Translations under genes and position numbers: made by a program
In this document: in pieces, positions 43,718 to 49,847 of the stretch
Layout of the letters: each line of letters opens with the position of its first letter
How positions within the stretch are numbered: the first letter of the stretch is position 1
From: Candidatus Methylomirabilota bacterium
GTDB taxonomy: Bacteria > Methylomirabilota > Methylomirabilia > Rokubacteriales > CSP1-6
Assembly: GCA_046726415.1 (NCBI GenBank)
Contig: JBKPAK010000313.1
Coordinates: 1 to 49,847, forward strand
Direction of reading: 5' to 3'
DNA length: 49,847 bases
The notes under the pieces: generated by a model
Database searches by the model: none
Told to the model about the DNA's origin: nothing
What the model saw: the letters and a program-made list of their open reading frames with translations, nothing else

Positions 43718-44557
43718 TCAATGCGACAGGAAGACGGGCACGGTCATCGAGCGGAGGATCTCGCGCGTGGCCCCGCCGAGGATGACCTCGCGCAGGCGCG
43801 AATGCCCATAGGCGCCCATGACGAGCAAATCCGCGTCGAGATCGGCCGCTTGTGACAGGAGCAAAGCGCCGACGTCCACGTCATCAGATTTGAGGGCCGA
43901 CGCTTCGGCCCGGACCCCGTGTCGGGCGAGGTGCAGCGCGATGTCGGCGCCCGGCACCTCTCCATCCCCGTGCAGTCCTCCGCGGGGATTGATGGCGAGG
44001 ACCGTGACTTTGGACGCGCCCTGGAGCAGCGGCAGCGCGTCGTTGACCGCGCGCGTGGCCTCGCGGCTAGCGTTCCAGGCCACCAGCACTCGCTGTCCCA
44101 CCGTCTTGAACGTGCCCGCGTAGGGCACCACGAGCACGGGACGCCCTGCGCCGAGGACGACCCGTTCCGGAAGGTCACCGGTGGAGCCGAGCGCGTCGTC
44201 GTCTGGATTCACTTGCCCCACAATGGCGACGTCGGCGTATCGCGCGTGCAGGGTAGCGATCTCGCCGGCCTCACCCTCCCGGACCCGCCACTCCGTGGTG
44301 AATCCGGGCCCTTCGCCGCTGCGCTTGAACAGCTCCTGCACTCGCTCGGTCGCCTCGGCCAACGTCCGCATCTGCAGCTCGACCAGTTCCGGGGTGAGCT
44401 GCGCTTCGATCATGGCGGGCACCTGCGGCGGCGGCGAGGTGTAGAGCCCTGTCAGGTGGGCTCCGAAGCGGGAGGCCAGGGCGGTGGCCACGTCCAGGCG
44501 GGTCGCGCCGTGCTCCGATGTATCGAGGACGACCAGGAGATCCTTGAATGCCGCCAT
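43718..44557 (-). CDS. Universal stress protein (two Usp domains)
   Basis: KDLLVVLD, GRPVLVVP, VLVAWNASREATRAV, LLVMGAYGHSRLRE, VPVFLSH. Confidence 0.95.
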   Translation of the reverse strand: MAAFKDLLVVLDTSEHGATRLDVATALASRFGAHLTGLYTSPPPQVPAMIEAQLTPELVELQMRTLAEATERVQELFKRSGEGPGFTTEWRVREGEAGEIATLHARYADVAIVGQVNPDDDALGSTGDLPERVVLGAGRPVLVVPYAGTFKTVGQRVLVAWNASREATRAVNDALPLLQGASKVTVLAINPRGGLHGDGEVPGADIALHLARHGVRAEASALKSDDVDVGALLLSQAADLDADLLVMGAYGHSRLREVILGGATREILRSMTVPVFLSH

Positions 44558-44570
44558 GGCTCACGGGCTC

Positions 44571-44999
44571 CTATGGGAAGTCGACGTTCATGCCGACCTG
44601 TACCCAGTTCCAGGAGAAGATGCTCACGTCGTAGGTCGCCGCGCCGGAGGGCACGGCGACATCGAAATAGACCCGCGTACCGGGAGTAATCTCGTTCGGT
44701 CCCCAGGCGATGAGCTGGCCCACCTGCCTTCCCGATGCGTCGTAGCCATTCACCAACACGCGGACCCGTTGAGCCGTGAACCCCCACGTGTTCGTGATGT
44801 ACCCGTCGATGAGGGTCGCCCCGCCACTCGGCGTGGCCGTCCACTGGATCCGGAAGTATTGTTGCCAGCCGATGATCAGGGGCTGTAGGTTCCCGGGTTG
44901 CCACGTGGCGGGCGCGCTCAGGGTGGCACATCCCCCCAGGGCCGCCAGCAGCAAGACCAGGAGCGCTCCGCGGCGCAACCGGTCGATCTGTCGAGGCAT
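44571..44999 (-). CDS. Lipoprotein, tandem paralog 3 (FxLYD-like beta sandwich)
   Basis: GGAGG RBS, lipobox LGGC, GYITN, GYDASG; near-identical motifs to the two upstream genes. Confidence 0.8.
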   Translation of the reverse strand: MPRQIDRLRRGALLVLLLAALGGCATLSAPATWQPGNLQPLIIGWQQYFRIQWTATPSGGATLIDGYITNTWGFTAQRVRVLVNGYDASGRQVGQLIAWGPNEITPGTRVYFDVAVPSGAATYDVSIFSWNWVQVGMNVDFP

Positions 45000-45027
45000 A
45001 GGCGTCGCCTCCCGCTCCGTCCTCATA

Positions 45028-45450
45028 CTACCGTATGGACCCACCATTGCCCGCCTGCACCCAGGACCACGCGAAGACGGCGACGTCATAGGTGGCGGCA
45101 GCCGGCACGGGGACGTTGAAGTACACCCGGGCGCCGAAATCGATCTCGCTCGGCCCCCAGGCGATGCGCTGTCCAACCTGCTGACCCGACGCGTCGTAAC
45201 CCGTCACCAACAGTTGGAGACTGAGCGCCGTGAACCCCCACACATTCGTGATGTACCCCTCCACGAGCGGTTGGCCGTTTTGCCGGGTGGCGTCCCACTG
45301 TACGCGGAAGAACTGCTGCCAGCCGATCACGAGCGGCTGTAGGTTTCCTGGCTGCCACGTCGCCGGCCCGGTGGCGCATCCGCAGAGAGCAAGGAGCAGC
45401 GGGACCGCCATGGCTCCGAAGACCATCCTCCTCGTACCTCGACGAGCCAT
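45028..45450 (-). CDS. Lipoprotein, tandem paralog 2 (FxLYD-like beta sandwich)
   Basis: AGGAG RBS, lipobox LCGC, TWQPGNLQPLVIGWQQFFRVQW, GYDASG. Confidence 0.8.
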   Translation of the reverse strand: MARRGTRRMVFGAMAVPLLLALCGCATGPATWQPGNLQPLVIGWQQFFRVQWDATRQNGQPLVEGYITNVWGFTALSLQLLVTGYDASGQQVGQRIAWGPSEIDFGARVYFNVPVPAAATYDVAVFAWSWVQAGNGGSIR

Positions 45451-45458
45451 GGGCGCTC

Positions 45459-45899
45459 CTACGGGAAGTTGGCGCTGCCGCCCGTCTGCACCCAGTTCCA
45501 CGCGAACATCGCCACGTCGTAGGTGCTCGCCCCCGGTGGCACCGGGACGCCGAAGTACACACGGCTTCCGGGATCGATCTCGTTCGGCCCCCAGGCCACC
45601 AGCTGGCCCAGCTGCTTTCCGGTGGCATCATAGCCGGTGACGAGCAATTGGATCTGTTGGGCGGTAAAGCCCCAGATGTTGGTGATGTAGCCCTCGACGA
45701 TCGTATCCTTACCCTTCGTGCTCGCGTCCCACTGGACGCGGAAGTACTGCTGCCAGCCCACAATGAGCGGCTGCCGGTTGCCCGGCGTCCAGGTCGTCGG
45801 TGCGGCCAAGGTGCCGCAGCCAGCTACCGCCGCCACCAGCAAGAGTACGAGACCCCCTCCCCTGATGACCCCCGCCGTCATCCCACGCGTCATTGGCAT
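45459..45899 (-). CDS. Lipoprotein, tandem paralog 1 (FxLYD-like beta sandwich)
   Basis: Lipobox VAGC, TWTPGNRQPLIVGWQQYFRVQW, GYDATG; start at 45899 or 45893. Confidence 0.8.
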   Translation of the reverse strand: MPMTRGMTAGVIRGGGLVLLLVAAVAGCGTLAAPTTWTPGNRQPLIVGWQQYFRVQWDASTKGKDTIVEGYITNIWGFTAQQIQLLVTGYDATGKQLGQLVAWGPNEIDPGSRVYFGVPVPPGASTYDVAMFAWNWVQTGGSANFP

Positions 45900-45956
45900 C
45901 CTTTCGTTGAGGGAGAGCATTCCGAGAGCGACTCGCCGTCTGGCGGGTCGTCGCGA

Positions 45957-46667
45957 TCAGTCGCGGCGCCCTCCGAGGAAGCGGAGCAGGAACAGGAAGA
46001 GATTGATGAAGTCGAGGTAAAGGGAGAGGGCGCCCACGATGGCATACGCCCCCGCGCGTTCCTCCGGCACTGACGCGGCCATCTCCTTGAGACGCTGGGC
46101 ATCCCAGGCCGTCAATCCCGTGAAGACGATCACCCCCACCACGGATATAAGGAACTGCAGCGCGTCATTGTTCCAGAACATCCCCACGATCGACGCCAGA
46201 ATGAGGCCCACCAGCCCCATGAAGAAGAATTGCCCGGCGCCGGCCAAGCTTCGCTTGGTGGTGGTCCCGAAGACGGCCAAGGCGCCGAACATCCCGGCGG
46301 TCACCACGAACGTGGTGGTGATCGAGGCTCCGGTGTACGCGAGGAGCAGCACGGAGAAGGTGACACCGGTGAGGACCGCGTAAATGACGAAGAGAAGCGC
46401 GGCCGTGCCTGGCGCGATCCGGTCCACACGCGCGGAGAGGAAGAACACGAGGCCGATCTGAGCGGCGAAGAGCGCGAGGAAGACGAAGTGGTTGGCCACC
46501 AGCGATTGCGCCAGACCCGGCGTCCCCATGAGGCCATACGCCACGAGGGCCGTGATCCCGAGCCCGAAGAACATCCAGCCGTACACCTTCCGGAGAAACT
46601 GCGTGACCCGTTCGGCGGTGGCTGCCGCGGGAGCGGTCAAGCCCCGGGTGACATCAGATCGTTCCAT
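45957..46667 (-). CDS. Bax inhibitor-1/YccA family membrane protein
   Basis: FLRKVYGWM, GLTAWDAQRLK, GALSLYLDFINLFLFLLR; GAGGAGG before ATG at 46667. Confidence 0.95.
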   Translation of the reverse strand: MERSDVTRGLTAPAAATAERVTQFLRKVYGWMFFGLGITALVAYGLMGTPGLAQSLVANHFVFLALFAAQIGLVFFLSARVDRIAPGTAALLFVIYAVLTGVTFSVLLLAYTGASITTTFVVTAGMFGALAVFGTTTKRSLAGAGQFFFMGLVGLILASIVGMFWNNDALQFLISVVGVIVFTGLTAWDAQRLKEMAASVPEERAGAYAIVGALSLYLDFINLFLFLLRFLGGRRD

Positions 46668-46763
46668 CGATGGTTCCCTCCTCTTCCAGCCTCGCAAAGT
46701 CGTCGGTGGCCGTTTGCGATCAGCGACGCGACAATGCTGTCATCGTCGCCTGGCGCTGATTCC

Positions 46764-47630
46764 TCAGCTCATCATAGCGCCAGCCCGAGGCCGAGGACGA
46801 GTCTCGGGCGACGATGGCTTCCGCGCCATCTGGGCCGGCATCAGGAGCCGGAGAACCATCCACCCTATAGGGACAAGGAAGATCAGCGACCCCGGCCCCC
46901 ACATGATCAACCCGGCCAGCGTTTGATCCTCGAGAGCCGAAGTCCCCAGGCGCGCTGCCGTCGCCGCGTAGCTTGGATACAGGACGCGGCCCCCGAAGAC
47001 GAAGAGGGCGGCGAGAAGGGTGTTCTGGACCTCGGCGAGCGCCAGGTAGGGGATCATCGCCCACCGGGGCCAGCGGGGACGACTTGGCCATGGCTGGACC
47101 ACCGGCCACCAAAAGAGGAGGGCGCTGGCGAAGAACGAGGCATGCTCGAGGTGATGCCAGCCGTGGGAACGGAGAGCCAGCTCATACGTCGCCGGCACGT
47201 GCCACCCCCAGGCCATGACGGTGAATGACACCCAGCCCACGGCCGGATGGGTCAGGACGCGCCCCACGTACCGGATCGGGGTCCAGGCGAGGAAGGCAAT
47301 CACGGCTCTCATGGCGAATCCGGGCAGACCGCGCAGGATCGGCGCCACCGGGGCCCCCAGCCAGAGCAGGGGTGGCGCCACCATCATGAAGAGCAGGTGT
47401 TGGATCATGTGGACGGTCAAGGACTCGGCGGCCAGGGCCTCCAGCGGAGGCGCCAACGCCACGAACAGCACATTCAGCCCAGCCAGGAAGGAGAGCAGCT
47501 GAAGCCCGTGGAATCGCTGGGACAGGCGGCGCCGTAGCCGCGCCCATCCCCGGGTATAGACGCCCGCCACCAGCACGAGCATGGCCACCGGCATAGCGTC
47601 GGGAGACCAGAGCGTTCCGCCCGGCCCCAT
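46764..47630 (-). CDS. Cytochrome c oxidase assembly protein, Caa3_CtaG family
   Basis: HMIQHLLFMMVAPPLLWLG, WHVP, HLEH, DQTLAGLIMW; start uncertain. Confidence 0.88.
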   Translation of the reverse strand: MGPGGTLWSPDAMPVAMLVLVAGVYTRGWARLRRRLSQRFHGLQLLSFLAGLNVLFVALAPPLEALAAESLTVHMIQHLLFMMVAPPLLWLGAPVAPILRGLPGFAMRAVIAFLAWTPIRYVGRVLTHPAVGWVSFTVMAWGWHVPATYELALRSHGWHHLEHASFFASALLFWWPVVQPWPSRPRWPRWAMIPYLALAEVQNTLLAALFVFGGRVLYPSYAATAARLGTSALEDQTLAGLIMWGPGSLIFLVPIGWMVLRLLMPAQMARKPSSPETRPRPRAGAMMS

Positions 47631-47655
47631 GATCGTGGCTCCGGACTCGACGACC

Positions 47656-49101
47656 TCAGCGACCGGAGCGAGGGGGAGAAACCGGCGAGCGAGCCGCCGC
47701 GTCGTGCGGTGAGCGCAAGGTGTCGAGGAAGGCCACGAGGGCGGTGACCTCGGACGGTGAGAGGTTCTTGCCATAGGCCGGCATGTTGCCGCCCCCTTGG
47801 AGGACTTGACGGATCAGCAGATCGCGGGTCATGCGCGAGGCGATGCCGTCCAGCGCCGGACCGCGCCGTCCCCCTTCTCCACCCAGACTGTGACAGTTCC
47901 GGCACTGCTTGTTCTGGAGGACGAGCGCGCCCTGGAGCTGGAGAGGCGTGCGCCCTTTCACGTACGCGATGGGCATCGGCGCCCCACTCCACGCGTCCAT
48001 CACGGGCGACCACGGAGATTTGTCCCCCAGGTAACTCAGGACGCCCAGAACCAAGGCGATCATCACCACGCTGATCACGGCCACCGGCCGCCGTCGGAAG
48101 CTCTTCTCGCCCGTCCCCGCTAGGAAGGGCAGCGCGATGAGAAGGGCGATCGCCACCACCGGACCGACCAGGATGAGAAACGTCTCGGTGTAAGGCGGGA
48201 GGAGAGCGAAGAGGGCGAAGAGCGAGAGGAAATAGAAGTCCGGCCGGGGCACCGTTCGGATCAGCGTGGGATCGGCCGGGCCGTTGGGACCATCGGGCCC
48301 CGAGATGGCGGCGCACAGGAGGATCGCCAGAATGACCAGGCCACCGAACACGATGTCCTTCTGGGCGGCCACCGGGAAGAAGGGAACGCCGTCCCGTTTG
48401 ACGTCCTCCTCGTAGCGCTCACGGTACGTGTTGCGCGCCACCAGCCGTCCGGGCATCGGCCACTCGTTGATCCCGAGCTTGAGCACCATGAGGAGGTGCA
48501 GTCCCACCAATCCGAAGAGGAGCCCGGGGATCACGAAGACGTGCAGGGCGAAAAACCGGGAGAGGGTTTCCGCGCCAATGATGGGGCCTCCAAGGACAAG
48601 GTGCACCAGCTGGGCGCCGATGAGGGGCACCCGTCCGATCATGGCGATGCCGATGCCCAAGCCCCAGTACGCATCTTGATCCCATCGGAGGACCTGGCCG
48701 GTAAAGGCCATGCCGAGCGTGCACAGGAAGAGAAAGACGCCCACGACCCACGTCAGTTCGCGAGGATACTTGTACGCGCCGAAGAGGAAGACCTGAATCA
48801 TGTGCAGCGACATCATGGCGACCATGAAGTTCGAGCCCCAGAAATGGACGGCGCGCAAGAACCATCCCAGGGTCTGCTGGTAATTCAGGTATTCGAGACT
48901 GGCGTAAGCATCGGCCGTCGACGGTACGTAGACCAGAGCGAGGCAGATGCCGGTGACGATCTGGAGCATGAAGATGATGAGGGTCGCGCTCCCGAACACG
49001 TACCACCAGCTGGCGGAGGTGCGCGGCACGGGATGGGTCATGGACGGGCCCAGAAGCTTCTTGAGCTGGAGGCGCTCCTCGAACCACTCGGCGACTCGCA
49101 T
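47656..49101 (-). CDS. Cytochrome b (b6 + subunit IV) fused to a C-terminal c-type cytochrome
   Basis: GWFLRAVHFWG, HMIQVF, YKYPRELTW, RFFALHVF, PDFY (PEWY-equivalent), CRNCH haem motif with distal NMP. Confidence 0.92.
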   Translation of the reverse strand: MRVAEWFEERLQLKKLLGPSMTHPVPRTSASWWYVFGSATLIIFMLQIVTGICLALVYVPSTADAYASLEYLNYQQTLGWFLRAVHFWGSNFMVAMMSLHMIQVFLFGAYKYPRELTWVVGVFLFLCTLGMAFTGQVLRWDQDAYWGLGIGIAMIGRVPLIGAQLVHLVLGGPIIGAETLSRFFALHVFVIPGLLFGLVGLHLLMVLKLGINEWPMPGRLVARNTYRERYEEDVKRDGVPFFPVAAQKDIVFGGLVILAILLCAAISGPDGPNGPADPTLIRTVPRPDFYFLSLFALFALLPPYTETFLILVGPVVAIALLIALPFLAGTGEKSFRRRPVAVISVVMIALVLGVLSYLGDKSPWSPVMDAWSGAPMPIAYVKGRTPLQLQGALVLQNKQCRNCHSLGGEGGRRGPALDGIASRMTRDLLIRQVLQGGGNMPAYGKNLSPSEVTALVAFLDTLRSPHDAAARSPVSPPRSGR

Positions 49102-49631
49102 CACACGGGCTCCGAGAGCGTGGGAATCTGGCCGCCCCGCACCTCGAGCTTCCCGTCCCTGATCCGGTGCTCGTACTGGTACAGCGGACGGGGCGGCGGC
49201 CCCGACGCGTGGCGACCGTCCTCGTAGAAGACGCCGCCGTGGCACGGGCACATGAAGAGACCCGACTCCTGGAACCAGCGGACCGGGCACCCGAGGTGCG
49301 TGCAATTGATCGCGAAGACTTGGAAGCGGTCGGCGTCGAGGCGTCGAACCCAGCAGGGGATATCGGCGACCTTGGCGTCCCACGGCACCGTGAAGGGATT
49401 CGTATAGCTGGCCAAGCGCGTCTGATGCTCCGGGAAGTTCGACACGGGTCCAAGCGACACCCAGGCCTGTTGGCCCCGGCGACGGACCGCCGATGCCACG
49501 TACCCGACCACCGGCACCCCCAGCAGCAGCGCGGCCAGCGCATTAAGGCCCACCCCGAGCTTGAACAGCGCACTGCGCCGGGAAACCGGCGCCGGCGGCG
49601 GGGTGAGGCCGCCAACTCCGTGATCACACAT
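49101..49631 (-). CDS. Rieske [2Fe-2S] protein of a bc-type complex
   Basis: Tat-like SRRSAL plus TM helix, CTHLGC and CPCHG boxes, GPPPRPL. Confidence 0.95.
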   Translation of the reverse strand: MCDHGVGGLTPPPAPVSRRSALFKLGVGLNALAALLLGVPVVGYVASAVRRRGQQAWVSLGPVSNFPEHQTRLASYTNPFTVPWDAKVADIPCWVRRLDADRFQVFAINCTHLGCPVRWFQESGLFMCPCHGGVFYEDGRHASGPPPRPLYQYEHRIRDGKLEVRGGQIPTLSEPV

Positions 49632-49667
49632 GGTGCTGTCCTCCCGACGCGGCCGGTGGGCGATCGC

Positions 49668-49847
49668 TCATGGTCCACGGCCTGCGGCCAGCCACGCCAC
49701 GACGTTCGACACCTCCTGGGGCGACATGGCTCGACCTGGCACGTTCCCACGGTAGTCCGGCATGCCCAGATCCGGGCGTCCGGCGATCACCGCCGAACGC
49801 AGCGCCTGATCACTCACCAGGGTGAGATAGGCGCGATCGACGACGGA
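49668..49847 (-). CDS. C-terminal fragment of a probable c-type cytochrome (5' part outside window)
   Basis: Hand translation SVVDRAYLTLVSDQALRSAVIAGRPDLGMPDY...MSPQEVSNVVAWL resembles a class I cytochrome c tail (G..MP); CxxCH is not inside the window. Confidence 0.7.
   Translation of the reverse strand, partial: SVVDRAYLTLVSDQALRSAVIAGRPDLGMPDYRGNVPGRAMSPQEVSNVVAWLAAGRGP

Overview
High-GC bacterial chromosomal window, mostly housekeeping genes. Gene content and style suggest Candidatus Rokubacteria/Methylomirabilota; this is an inference, not verified. Left to right: an LLM oxidoreductase, an SDR and a small ORF diverging from a TPP-riboswitch-controlled thiC. Next is a ~30 kb minus-strand block, in transcription order: mltD-like, MoaD/ThiS-like, tRNA-Sec, two unknown genes, selA, selB, tatA, two GT-C-like membrane proteins, ileS, lspA, RluA-family, glmU, glmS, pcrA, gatCAB, ftsEX, envC-like, S41 protease, tsaD and an NtrB/NtrC-like pair. 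Then comes a membrane/envelope cluster (LpxL-like, DedA x2, divergent membrane pyrophosphatase, rhomboid, DegP, Usp, three tandem lipoprotein paralogs, YccA) and the end of a cytochrome c-Rieske-cytochrome b/c-CtaG respiratory operon. No transposase, integrase or cas gene was seen. The unexplained structure is at the DNA level. First, a family of G-leader plus hairpin palindromic elements occurs as an 80-bp tandem array, as an intergenic copy, and in-frame inside the ends of thiC and the LpxL-like gene. Second, a 33-bp x4 in-frame repeat of a gene end downstream of selAB yields four in-frame UGA codons, three in a C-x-x-UGA context (speculative multi-selenocysteine tail). Further 30-33 bp frame-preserving tandem duplications are also present. 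All calls come from reading the sequence; no database search was run.
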